Positions 9,422 through 18,485 of a stretch of DNA of 64,000 nt are shown piece by piece. This DNA is from Fimbriiglobus sp. Lineage in GTDB: Bacteria > Planctomycetota > Planctomycetia > Gemmatales > Gemmataceae. A program made the position numbers and the translations under genes. The DNA is taken from assembly GCA_043744775.1 (NCBI GenBank), contig JAYTUC010000027.1:11940-75939 (forward strand), written 5' to 3'. The stretch's first letter is position 1. The number at the start of each line of letters is the position of its first letter. The notes under the pieces were generated by a model. The model saw nothing but the letters and a program-made list of their open reading frames with translations. It searched no databases and had not been told where the DNA came from.

Positions 9422-10807
9422 GTGACCCCCCGCGATCGCTCCCTCGCCGCGCTCCTCGGCGGCGTTCTGGTCCTCGCCGTCGCCGGCTTCCTCGGCTACT
9501 TCCTCCTCTACGCCCCCCTCCAAACGAAGACCGCGCAGGCCGACGCCCTCGCCGGCGAGGTCGCCGAGCAGGAGGCCAAGCTGCTCAAGGTCCGCCAGGA
9601 GTTGCCGCGTTACCAACTCGCGGTCAAGCGCAGCCTGCCGGCCAACGTCGATCAGTCGCGGCAGGAGTACGACGCGGTGGTGACGCAACTGATGCGCGAC
9701 GCCAAGGTGCCGCGCACGTCGCTGACCGTGAAGCCCAAGGCCGTCGAGGGCAAGGCGGCCCCCGAGCTGTCGCCCAAGCGGCCGGCCTACACCCGCGTCG
9801 GCCTCGAGGTCACGCTCAGCAAGGTGAGCCTCGCGACGGTGATCGACGTGCTGAAGCGCTACTACCAACTGAACCTGTTGCAGCAGATCACGAAGTTCAG
9901 CGTCAAGAAGTCCGACCAGGCCAAGGACGCCGCGACGCCGCGGGGGTCGCTCGTCGCCGACCGCGCCGACCTCGACGTGACGCTCGTGACCGAGGCGATT
10001 GTTCTGGACGGGGCCGAGGCGCGGCGGTCGCTGTTGCCGGTGTCGGCCGGGTTCGGGGCGGTCGGCGGTGGGGCCGGCCTGCTGACGCTCGAGCAGTCGC
10101 CCGGCCCGGCCCGCGGCCTGACGCCGCTGCAACTCGTGCGGACGCTCGCCGCCGCCGACCGCGATTACTCGCTGTTGCTGGTCAAGGACGTGTTCCACGG
10201 GCCGCCCCCGCCACCGCCCGCGGCCGTCGCCGCCAAGCCGCCCGCGCCGCCCAAGGAGGACACGAGTGCCTTCATCCGCGTCACGGGCCTGGCCCGCAAC
10301 CCGGACGGCTCCGGGACGGCCGTCATCGAGGACCTGGCGTCGAAGCAGGAGTACGTCGTCGATCTCGCCTGGGTGGACGCGAAGCTCACGCCGGCGGTGA
10401 CGAAGTTCTACTACAGCATCAAGGGCGTGAAGAAGTCGTACGACCCCGCGCCGGACCTCGACATCGGCGAGGCGTCGAGCGGCACGGCCCGGCAGTTCCG
10501 CGTCGTCGGCTTCGCCGAGGACGGCTTGGTCCTCGCCGACCTGAGCGCCACTGGGGCTACCCCGGCCAAGCGGCCGGCCCCCGGAGGCAGTCGCCAACGC
10601 GGCGGTAAGGCCCCGGCGAAGGTCTCGACGCCGGTCGAGGCGGACGGCGAGGCGTCGGCGGAGCGGGTGTACTTGTGGAGGCTGGGCCAGTCGCTCGACC
10701 AGGCGGCCGAGCTGACCGGCGAGGCGCGCGACAAGGCGGTCCGCTTGGCCCAGGGCTTGCCGGCGACGCCAGACGTGGCCCCGACGCCCCGCGCGGCGGG
10801 CGACTGA
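9422..10807 (+). CDS. PilO/GspM-like bitopic assembly protein with extended C-terminal domain
   Basis: GTG start. N-terminal TM 'LAALLGGVLVLAVAGFLGYFLLY' followed by a coiled coil 'ALAGEVAEQEAKLLKVRQEL'. Immediately follows the PilM/N-like gene. Confidence 0.45.
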   Translation: MTPRDRSLAALLGGVLVLAVAGFLGYFLLYAPLQTKTAQADALAGEVAEQEAKLLKVRQELPRYQLAVKRSLPANVDQSRQEYDAVVTQLMRDAKVPRTSLTVKPKAVEGKAAPELSPKRPAYTRVGLEVTLSKVSLATVIDVLKRYYQLNLLQQITKFSVKKSDQAKDAATPRGSLVADRADLDVTLVTEAIVLDGAEARRSLLPVSAGFGAVGGGAGLLTLEQSPGPARGLTPLQLVRTLAAADRDYSLLLVKDVFHGPPPPPPAAVAAKPPAPPKEDTSAFIRVTGLARNPDGSGTAVIEDLASKQEYVVDLAWVDAKLTPAVTKFYYSIKGVKKSYDPAPDLDIGEASSGTARQFRVVGFAEDGLVLADLSATGATPAKRPAPGGSRQRGGKAPAKVSTPVEADGEASAERVYLWRLGQSLDQAAELTGEARDKAVRLAQGLPATPDVAPTPRAAGD

Positions 10808-10970
10808 CCCCCGCCCGCGGCCAACCGCGGCCCGTCGGAATTCGGCACGCCGGCGCTTTTCGCTTGCACGCCGACTAGGAATGGTTATGCTCTGGCAACC
10901 TGCCTACCGCGCCTCGGGCGCGTCCGCGAACGCCCACCCTCGCCGCACCCCATCGACAGGACGCCTGCGC

Positions 10971-12599
10971 ATGAGGTCCCTCTGTCTGCTCGCTTTAGTC
11001 TGTTGCGCCGCGCCCGCGGCCCGCGCCGCCGAGGTGCCGCTCGAAGAACTGATCGACGCCCGCGTCGCGGAGAAGCTGCGGGCCGACGGCGTCACGCCGG
11101 CGCGGCAGGCCGACGACGCCACGCTCGTCCGCCGGCTGACGCTCGACCTCGTCGGCCGAATCCCCACCGGCGTGGAGTCGGACGCTTACGTCAAGTCGGC
11201 CGACCCGGCGAAGCGTGCCCGGCTCGTCGATCGGCTGATCGCCTCGCCCGGCTACGCCCGCTACCAGGCGGTGCTCTTCGACGTGATGCTCTCCGACCGC
11301 CCCGGCGTGGGCGGCAAGCCGGTCAAGCCCGGCAAGGGCGGCAGCCTTCAAGAGTACCTGACGCTCGCGCTGCGCGAGAACCGGCCGTGGGACGTGGTGT
11401 TCCGCGACCTGATGTTGCCCAGCGAAGACGACCCCGCCAAGCGCGGGTCGGCCGAGTACCTGCGGCCGAAGCTCGCCGACCTCGACAAGCTCACCGCCGA
11501 CGTGTCGGTGGCGTTCTTCGGCGTCAACGTGAGCTGCGCGCAGTGCCACGACCACCCGAGCGTGAAGGACTGGACCCAGGAGCACTTTTACGGGCTGAAG
11601 GGCTTCCTCGCCCGCACCTACGACGCCGGCGGCTACGTCGCCGAGCGCGGGGCGGGCCTGGTGAAGTACAAGCCGACGCAGGGGCCGGAGAAGTCGGCCC
11701 GGCTCATGTTCCTCACCGGCACGGCGGTCTCGACGCCGACGGTTCGGGAACCCGACAAGGACGAGCAGAAGCGCGACAAGGAGGCCCTCGACAAGGCCAA
11801 GGCAGACAAGTCGGCCCCGCCGGCCCCCGCGTACAGTGCGCGGGCCGAACTCGTGAAGGTGGCATTGCAGCCGAAGGAGAGCGACTACTTCGCCAGGTCG
11901 ATCGTCAACCGCCTCTGGCACCGCTTCCTCGGCTACGGCCTCGTCAACCCGCTCGACCAGATGCACGCCGCCAACGAGCCGTCGCACGCCGCGCTATTGG
12001 CCGAACTCGCCGACCGGGTGAGGGCCGCCAAGTACGACCTCGCGGCCCTCACGCGCGGCATCGTCCTGAGCCAGGCGTACTCACGCGACACGGTGTTCGG
12101 CAGCGAGTCGCACCCCGCGCCCGAGAGCTTCGCCGTCGGCCGCCTGCGGGCGCTGACCCCGCAACAGTTGGCGACCTCGCTGAAGCTCGCCGCGGCCGAC
12201 CCCAAGACGTTCGAGGACCTCAAGCCCGACGAGTTCGAGAAGCGCATCGAGCAGGCCGAGCAGTCGGCCAAGGGCTTCGCGGCGCTGATCGCGCAGCCGG
12301 GCGTTGACCTCTTCCAGATCGGCGTGGCCGAGGCGTTGCTGTTCAGCAACGGCGACCGCGTCGGCAGGGAGTTCCTCACCGACGGGGCCGGCTCGCTGCT
12401 CGCCCGCGCTAAGTCCGAGACGGACCCGACCGCTGTCGCCCGGCTGATCGTGCAATCGACCTACGGCCGGCCGGCGACCGCACCGGAAGTCGAGGCGCTG
12501 ACCGCTTACTTGACGGCCCGCGCCGACCGCCCAGTCGAGGCCCGCCGGCAACTGTTGTGGGCACTCGTCGCCAGCCCCGAATTCCGCTTCAACCACTAA
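10971..12599 (+). CDS. DUF1549/DUF1553 (PSD1-type) domain protein
   Basis: Signal peptide from ATG 10971 'MRSLCLLALVCCAAPAARA'. Hallmark 'FFGVNVSCAQCHDHPSVKDWTQEHFYGLKGFLART'. Followed by its usual DUF1501 partner. Confidence 0.85.
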   Translation: MRSLCLLALVCCAAPAARAAEVPLEELIDARVAEKLRADGVTPARQADDATLVRRLTLDLVGRIPTGVESDAYVKSADPAKRARLVDRLIASPGYARYQAVLFDVMLSDRPGVGGKPVKPGKGGSLQEYLTLALRENRPWDVVFRDLMLPSEDDPAKRGSAEYLRPKLADLDKLTADVSVAFFGVNVSCAQCHDHPSVKDWTQEHFYGLKGFLARTYDAGGYVAERGAGLVKYKPTQGPEKSARLMFLTGTAVSTPTVREPDKDEQKRDKEALDKAKADKSAPPAPAYSARAELVKVALQPKESDYFARSIVNRLWHRFLGYGLVNPLDQMHAANEPSHAALLAELADRVRAAKYDLAALTRGIVLSQAYSRDTVFGSESHPAPESFAVGRLRALTPQQLATSLKLAAADPKTFEDLKPDEFEKRIEQAEQSAKGFAALIAQPGVDLFQIGVAEALLFSNGDRVGREFLTDGAGSLLARAKSETDPTAVARLIVQSTYGRPATAPEVEALTAYLTARADRPVEARRQLLWALVASPEFRFNH

Positions 12600-12614
12600 C
12601 TCCGGGAGTGCGCC

Positions 12615-13904
12615 ATGCCCCGCTCGTTCTTCTGCGGCTCCGCCGACCACTCGCCCAGCCGGCGCGGCTTCCTTGGCACCGCCGCGGCCTTCGCTGGGAT
12701 GTCGGCCCTCGACGCGCTCTCGACGCCGGCGCTGGCCGGGGAGTTGAAGAAGCGGCAGAAGCGCGTCATCCTGCTCTGGCTCGCCGGCGGCGCGAGCCAA
12801 CTCGAGACGTGGGACCCCAAGCCGGGCGCGAGCACCGGCGGGCCGTTCCGCGCCATCCCGACCGACGTGCCCGGCACCCACATCTCCGAGCTGATGCCCG
12901 AGATGGCCAAGCGGATGAAGACGACGTGCGTGATCCGCGGGCTGAACACGAAGAACGGCGACCACGGCGGCGCGGCCAAGATGATGATGCGCGGCCGCAT
13001 GGACGTGGGCGGCGTGAGCTACCCCGACCTCGGCGCGGTGCTGGCGCGCGAGATGGGCCGCGTCGATAGCAAGGTCCCCGACTACGTGACCTTCTACACG
13101 CAGACCGAGGGCCGCAGTTTCGCCCCCGGCGCGAGCGGATTCTTGGGGTCGCGCTACGCCCCGATGGAGCTAACGACGAACAACATCCCCGAGTACATCC
13201 GCAAGCTCGACGGCGTTTCGGAACTCGACCACCAGCAGCGGGCCGACCTGCGCGACCTGCTCGGCAAGCAGTTCGCCGCGGGCCGGCAGTCCGACACCCT
13301 CGGCAGCCACAACCAGGCTTACGAGCGCGTCCGCGGCATCATGGCGTCCGAGAAACTCTTCGACATCACGCAGGAGCCGCAGAAGGTCCGCGACCGCTAC
13401 GGCAAGACGCAACTCGGCGAGCAGTGCCTGATCGCTAGGAGGCTCGTCGAGGCCGGGGTGCCGTTCGTGCGCGTGGCCCGCGCCTGGTGGGACAGCCACG
13501 GCCAGAACTTCGAGACGCACCAGGAGATGGTCCCCGAACTCGACCACGTCATGGCGACGCTCATCGACGACTTGACCGAACGCGGCCTGCGCGACGACGT
13601 GATGGTCGTGACACTCGCGGAGTTCGGCCGCACGCCGGCGATCAACGCCAGCCTCGGCCGCGACCACTTCGCGAGCGCGTGGAGCATGACGATGACCGGC
13701 GGCAAGGCGAAGGGCGGGGCCGTCTGGGGCAAGACCGACGACAAGGGCGCGAAGGTCGTCAAGGACGAGGTGAACGCCGGGACGCTGTTCGCGACGATTT
13801 ACGAGTGCCTGGGGATCAAGCACGACAAGAGCTACCGCGTGGGGGCGCGCCCCATCCCGCTCGTCGAGCCGGGCTTCGAGCCGGTCGCGGACCTGGTGGG
13901 GTAG
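12615..13904 (+). CDS. DUF1501 (sulfatase-like, Tat-exported) protein
   Basis: Twin-arginine leader 'SRRGFLGTAAAFAGMSAL'. 'LWLAGGASQLETWDPKPG' and 'EFGRTPAIN...GRDHF' motifs are typical of DUF1501. Confidence 0.85.
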   Translation: MPRSFFCGSADHSPSRRGFLGTAAAFAGMSALDALSTPALAGELKKRQKRVILLWLAGGASQLETWDPKPGASTGGPFRAIPTDVPGTHISELMPEMAKRMKTTCVIRGLNTKNGDHGGAAKMMMRGRMDVGGVSYPDLGAVLAREMGRVDSKVPDYVTFYTQTEGRSFAPGASGFLGSRYAPMELTTNNIPEYIRKLDGVSELDHQQRADLRDLLGKQFAAGRQSDTLGSHNQAYERVRGIMASEKLFDITQEPQKVRDRYGKTQLGEQCLIARRLVEAGVPFVRVARAWWDSHGQNFETHQEMVPELDHVMATLIDDLTERGLRDDVMVVTLAEFGRTPAINASLGRDHFASAWSMTMTGGKAKGGAVWGKTDDKGAKVVKDEVNAGTLFATIYECLGIKHDKSYRVGARPIPLVEPGFEPVADLVG

Positions 13905-13937
13905 AATGGCCGCACCCGAACCCTCCGGAGATCGACG

Positions 13938-14216
13938 ATGAACGGATCGCTCTCAAGCGTCCGCGACGAGGCGGAAGTCGAACGCAACGTGCAAGCCTAC
14001 CGCGAGGCGAAAGGCGAACTCGATCGCGCCTACCCCCTCAAGGAGTTCGTCGCGTTCGCCGGCGGCAAGCTGGCGGCCCACTCCGGCGACTTCGAGCAAG
14101 TCGTCGCGACCCTCCAGAAGGCCGGTCACGACCCGCGTCACTGCGTCGTCGTCCGGGTCGGCGACCCGGACGAGGGCGACGCTGACATCCTCGCGACCGA
14201 CCGGGTCGCGCTGTGA
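13938..14216 (+). CDS. Small hypothetical protein (92 aa)
   Basis: Protein-like composition. Its stop overlaps the next gene's GTG (GTGA at 14213-14216). Confidence 0.55.
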   Translation: MNGSLSSVRDEAEVERNVQAYREAKGELDRAYPLKEFVAFAGGKLAAHSGDFEQVVATLQKAGHDPRHCVVVRVGDPDEGDADILATDRVAL

Positions 14217-14632
14217 GTGAGCAGCGGAACCCGTACCTGGGTCGCACGCCCCGCCCGTGGCTCGAACTGCGGTTCCGCGACGCGAGCGGGGCCTCGATTG
14301 CCCTGAAGTTGGTCGCGGACACGGGGTCGCCCCAGGGGGTGATTCTGGCACCCCACTGGTTCGACAGGCTGGTGCGGTCGCGCGTCGCACCGATCCGCAC
14401 GAACTTCGGCGACATGGCGGGCGGCTGGCTGCAACTGTTCATGCCGGAGGACGGGTTGGTCGAACTCGTGCGGGGGTACTCTAGCGCGAGTATCGGCGAG
14501 AAAGTCGCCAAGAGCCACCCCGACTTCGCCGGACTCGTCGGCCTGCCGATCCTCCGCCTCGGCGTCTACGGCGGCGACGCCACCGACTTCTGGTTCCGCA
14601 CCCCCTCCCCCCAACCCCCCGGCACGCCATGA
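14213..14632 (+). CDS. Retropepsin-like (clan AA) aspartic protease candidate
   Basis: 'LKLVADTGSPQGVIL' contains a D-T-G-S catalytic-type motif. A later 'GLVGLPILRLG' segment is present. Size 139 aa. Overlapped starts and stops on both sides. Confidence 0.5.
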   Translation: MSEQRNPYLGRTPRPWLELRFRDASGASIALKLVADTGSPQGVILAPHWFDRLVRSRVAPIRTNFGDMAGGWLQLFMPEDGLVELVRGYSSASIGEKVAKSHPDFAGLVGLPILRLGVYGGDATDFWFRTPSPQPPGTP

Positions 14633-15648
14633 AGTCTCCTAGCCCTGAGTCGCTCAAGCTCGTCAAGGAATTCGGCCGGCCGTGCGCCCAGTTCGCGGTG
14701 GCGCGACTGCCGGGGTCGGGCCGCGTCTTCTGCGGCGGCTCCGACTTCAAGGTCTGCGAAGCCGACGTGACGACCCCCAAGTTCGAGCCGAAGGACCTGC
14801 AAAGCCACGGCAGCTACGTCACCACCGTCGCCCTCGCGGGCAACGTGCTCGTCAGCGGCGGCTACGACGGCAAGCTCGTCTGGTGGGACACCGCCAAGAA
14901 TCAGGCGATCCGCACGACCGACGCCCACGCCACGCGCATCCGTCAGGCCGCCGCCACGCCCGACGGTGCCGTCGTCGCTAGCGTCGGCGACGACATGCTC
15001 TGCAAGCTCTGGGACGCGGCGACCGGCAAGCTCCTCCGCGAGTTGAAGGGCCACGCCGCCAAGACGCCGGCGCACTTCAACTCGATGCTCTACGCCGTTG
15101 CTTTTAGCGCCGACGGCAAGTTCGTCGCCACCGGCGACAAGGTCGGCCACGTCGCGATTTGGGAGACCGAGTCGGGCAAGCCGGTCGGCACCGTCGAGGC
15201 CCCGACGCTCTACACCTTCGACGCGGCCCAACGCATGCACAGCATCGGCGGGATTCGCTCGCTGGCCTTCAGCCCGGACGGCAAGCAACTCGCGGTCGGC
15301 GGCATGGGCAAGGTCGGCAACATCGACCACCTCGAAGGCAAGGGGCGCGTCGAGGTCTTCGACTGGAGGGCCGGCGGCAAGCCGACGCTCGAACTGCAAA
15401 GCGACAAGTTCGCCGGCCTCGTCAACGCCCTGCGCTTCGCCCCGGACGGTTCCTGGCTGCTCGCGGCCGGCGGCGCGGCCGAGGGCTTCTTCCTGTTCGC
15501 CGACCTCGCCGCCAAGAAGTTGGTGCGGCAAGAGAAGGTCGGCACGCACGTCCACGACGTGGCCCTCAGTGCCGACGCCAGAACCCTGACCGCGGCCGGG
15601 CACAACAAGCTCGCCGTCTACACTCTCGGCGACGCCGCCGCGGCTTGA
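14629..15648 (+). CDS. WD40 / beta-propeller repeat protein
   Basis: Repeated 'GH...V..VA.SPDG..LAS.G.D..V.LWD'-type units, e.g. 'SGGYDGKLVWWD', 'SVGDDMLCKLWD', 'TGDKVGHVAIWE'. ATGA overlap with the upstream gene. Confidence 0.8.
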   Translation: MKSPSPESLKLVKEFGRPCAQFAVARLPGSGRVFCGGSDFKVCEADVTTPKFEPKDLQSHGSYVTTVALAGNVLVSGGYDGKLVWWDTAKNQAIRTTDAHATRIRQAAATPDGAVVASVGDDMLCKLWDAATGKLLRELKGHAAKTPAHFNSMLYAVAFSADGKFVATGDKVGHVAIWETESGKPVGTVEAPTLYTFDAAQRMHSIGGIRSLAFSPDGKQLAVGGMGKVGNIDHLEGKGRVEVFDWRAGGKPTLELQSDKFAGLVNALRFAPDGSWLLAAGGAAEGFFLFADLAAKKLVRQEKVGTHVHDVALSADARTLTAAGHNKLAVYTLGDAAAA

Positions 15649-15674
15649 CCTTCCCGAACCCCGGAGCCGAACCG

Positions 15675-16991
15675 ATGCCCCCAATGACTCGCCGCGCCGC
15701 GCTCCAAACTGCCGCCGTCGCGTTGGCCGTCCCGTCGGTTTACCGCTACTGCCGGGCCGCCCCGAGCGAAACCCTGTTGCACGTCAGCGTCGGCGCGGGC
15801 GGCATGGCCGGCGCGGACATCAACTCGCTGACCCGCAGCAAGAACCTCAAGCTCGTCGCCGTCGCCGACGTGGATACGTCCGCGGCCGATGCCCTGCGGA
15901 AGAAGTTCCCGGACGTGAAGGTCTACGCCGACTGGCGCGAGATGTACGCGCGCGAGAAGTTCGACTCGGTGAACGTGTCGTGCCCCGACCACATGCACGC
16001 CGCCCCGGCCATGCGCGCGGTCCTCGCCGGCAAGCACGTCTACGTCCAGAAGCCGCTCGCCCAAACCGTCGATGAGGCCCGGCGGCTCACGGCCGCGGCG
16101 GCGAAGGCCGGCGTCGTGTCGCAGATGGGCATCCAGATCCACTCGGCGGCCGCGCACAAGACCCTCGTCGAGGTCGTCCGCGGCGGGGCGATCGGGGCGG
16201 TGCGGGCCGTCCACAGTTGGAGCGACAAGGACTGGGGCGACGCCGGCCGCCGGCCCGACCGCGCCGACCCCGTGCCGAAGGGCCTCGACTGGGACAAGTG
16301 GCTCGGCGTCTCCGCCGAAACCCCGTACCTGGGCGGCGGCTACTACCACCCCGGCAACTGGCGCAAGCGGCTCGCCTTCGGCACCGGGACTTTCGGCGAC
16401 ATGGGCTGCCACATCCTCGACCCCGTCTTCGGCGCGCTCGGCGTCGGCAGCCCGAAGTCGATCGTCAGCACCGGCGACGCCCCCAACGAGACCAACTGGG
16501 GCCTGAACTGCCGCGTCGAGTTCGCCTTCCCCGGCAGCCGCTTCACGACCGAGACCGTGACGCTGACGTGGTACAACGGCAAGAGCAAGCCGCCCGCGGA
16601 GGTGCTCAAGCTGATCGAGCCGCACAAGGTCCCCGGCCAGGGGTCGATCCTCGTCGGCACCAAGGGTGTGTTGTTCTCGCCCTACGGCGGCGGGCTGCCG
16701 GTGCTGCTGCCCGCGGAGCAGTTCATCGACTTCAAGATGCCGAAGGTGCCCGGCGACGACCACTACTTGCAGTTCGTGGACGCCGCCCGCGGGGCCGGCA
16801 AGACGAGCGCGCCCTTCGACTACTCCGGCCCGCTGACCGAGGTGGTGCTGCTCGGCTGCCTGGCGACGCGCTTCCCGAAGCAGGAACTCCTGTGGGACGG
16901 CGACGCGCTGCGGGTGACGAACCTTGCCGCGGCGAACCAGTACGTCCGCAAGTCGTACCGCCAAGGCTGGGAGGAGCCGGGCCTGAGCTAA
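15675..16991 (+). CDS. Gfo/Idh/MocA-family oxidoreductase with Tat signal
   Basis: ATG 15675 preceded by GGAG. 'MTRRAALQTAAVALAV' Tat leader. Rossmann 'VSVGAGGMAGADI'. 'CPDHMHA' motif. The longer ORF from 15159 is a shadow of the WD40 gene. Confidence 0.85.
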   Translation: MPPMTRRAALQTAAVALAVPSVYRYCRAAPSETLLHVSVGAGGMAGADINSLTRSKNLKLVAVADVDTSAADALRKKFPDVKVYADWREMYAREKFDSVNVSCPDHMHAAPAMRAVLAGKHVYVQKPLAQTVDEARRLTAAAAKAGVVSQMGIQIHSAAAHKTLVEVVRGGAIGAVRAVHSWSDKDWGDAGRRPDRADPVPKGLDWDKWLGVSAETPYLGGGYYHPGNWRKRLAFGTGTFGDMGCHILDPVFGALGVGSPKSIVSTGDAPNETNWGLNCRVEFAFPGSRFTTETVTLTWYNGKSKPPAEVLKLIEPHKVPGQGSILVGTKGVLFSPYGGGLPVLLPAEQFIDFKMPKVPGDDHYLQFVDAARGAGKTSAPFDYSGPLTEVVLLGCLATRFPKQELLWDGDALRVTNLAAANQYVRKSYRQGWEEPGLS

Positions 16992-17056
16992 CAAACGCTT
17001 TTGTCTGGAGACGTCGCGGCTGTTGCGGTAAACTGCAACTTCCCAAGGAGTGAGCA

Positions 17057-17287
17057 ATGAACTTGCCGATCCGATTCCCGAAGGACGAGGACGTGATCGT
17101 TGAGGAGGTCGCGCGGTTTCGGGCGATGTCGCCGCAAGGCCGTATGCGGTCGATCCGGGACTTACTCGCGGCGGGGGCGTGGATGGCGTCGCGCTCCCCG
17201 AAAGCCGACTTCCTGCGTGTGTACACCCGCGAGCAGGAAGAGCTGACCCGGCAGTCCATCCGCGACTTCTGCTCACGTCATGGCTGA
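17057..17287 (+). CDS. Small hypothetical protein (76 aa)
   Basis: Strong SD 'AAGGAG' 6 nt upstream of the ATG. Balanced amino-acid composition. Confidence 0.6.
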   Translation: MNLPIRFPKDEDVIVEEVARFRAMSPQGRMRSIRDLLAAGAWMASRSPKADFLRVYTREQEELTRQSIRDFCSRHG

Positions 17288-17356
17288 GCAACTGGATCAT
17301 GCCTTCCGGATCGGTCGGAGTTTAGCAACGCGCGGTGGCGTCGGCTGCCGCAGTTC

Positions 17357-17488
17357 GGAGCGCAGGCCGGGCACCCACGAGGGGTACCCCTACAGTTCGC
17401 CTGCGGCGGAGCCGAAAGCCCGCGGCGGGGGCGGCGGAGCCGAAAATCTTGTAGGGGCATCCCCTTGTGGGTGCCCAGCCTGCGCTCC
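17357..17488. repeat. MITE/REP-like palindromic element, copy 1 (about 38-bp imperfect terminal inverted repeats)
   Basis: Left arm GGAGCGCAGGCCGGGCACCCACGAGGGGTACCCCTACA. Right arm TGTAGGGGCATCCCCTTGTGGGTGCCCAGCCTGCGCTCC. Internal direct repeat GCGGCGGAGCCGAAA x2. A second copy in inverted orientation lies at 52888-53048. Confidence 0.85.
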
Positions 17489-17633
17489 CCGCCGAGTCTT
17501 GTCTGACCCCCTCTGACTAAACTTGCCCCGCCCCAAGCGATCTCGGCATTCCGGAGCGTCGGCTGTTGGCTTCTGCCGGTGGCCGTGGTACGCTCTGCCC
17601 TTCCCGCCCCCCTCCCGTCGGTACGAACCCGCC

Positions 17634-18356
17634 ATGCGCCACCTCGCCGCCCTGCTCGCCGTGCTGATCGCCGGCCCCGCCTTCGCCCAGGAGAAGCCCG
17701 CCGCCAAGAAGAAGGCGGACCCCGTCGTCGTCGTCGCGCCGCTCAAGGGCGAGTCGAAGACGACGCAACTCTTCGACGGCAAGACCCTCGCCGGCTGGGA
17801 GGGCTACGAAGACCTCTGGAGCGTCAAGGACGGCGTCATCGTCGCCAAGAACACCAAGCCGCTGACGTTCAGCACCTACCTACTCACCAAGGGCAAGTAC
17901 ACCGACTTCCGGCTGACGTTCTCGGCGAAGCTCGTCGAGTCCGAGATGCACTCGGGCGTGGCCTTCTGGGGCGAAGTCCGGCCGAGCGTCAGCAAGGAGC
18001 CGGCCAAGGACCGCACCGAGCACACCTACGCCGGGCACCTCGTGATGTTCCCCTCGGGCTACGGCATGTACGACCTCTTCGGCCGCAACGGCCTGCCGGT
18101 GGACGGGGCCCCCGCCAAGAAGGTTGGCAAGCAGCACGACTGGAACGATGTCGAGATCCTCGCCCAGGGCAACCGCGTCCGCGTCGCGGTCAACGGCACC
18201 GCGGTCGTCGATTACCGCGACCCGAAGCCCGAGACGATCAAGGAGGCCCCCATCGGCCTGCAACTGCACTCCAACGGCGTCGCCCAGGAGATCCACTTCC
18301 AGGGCCTCACCATCGAAACGTTCCCCAAGGACGACAAGCTCGTCACCGTGAAGTGA
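17634..18356 (+). CDS. DUF1080 (3-keto-disaccharide hydrolase-like) secreted protein
   Basis: Signal peptide 'MRHLAALLAVLIAGPAFA'. 'LFDGKTLAGWEGY..LWSVKDGVIV' and 'IGLQLHSNG..IHFQGLTIE' are typical of the family. Confidence 0.85.
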   Translation: MRHLAALLAVLIAGPAFAQEKPAAKKKADPVVVVAPLKGESKTTQLFDGKTLAGWEGYEDLWSVKDGVIVAKNTKPLTFSTYLLTKGKYTDFRLTFSAKLVESEMHSGVAFWGEVRPSVSKEPAKDRTEHTYAGHLVMFPSGYGMYDLFGRNGLPVDGAPAKKVGKQHDWNDVEILAQGNRVRVAVNGTAVVDYRDPKPETIKEAPIGLQLHSNGVAQEIHFQGLTIETFPKDDKLVTVK

Positions 18357-18485
18357 CCCGGCGGCGTGAGATCGACTCCGGTCGCTGACGCTCTCGGCTC
18401 GCCGGGCGCGGGGTGCCTATGATACCGGTGCCCCGCGGCCGCCGACGCCGGGGGCCGGGGCTTGTCGGCGCGGCGAAGGCTCACG

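Noticed and set aside
17280-17516. 78-aa ORF 'MAEQLDH...THEGYPYSSPAAEPKA...'. A similar peptide occurs in ORF 52307..53164 and could be a conserved small-protein family.
   Set aside because: The shared peptide is encoded entirely by the two copies of the palindromic MITE-like repeat. The similarity is therefore at the DNA-repeat level, not evidence of a protein.
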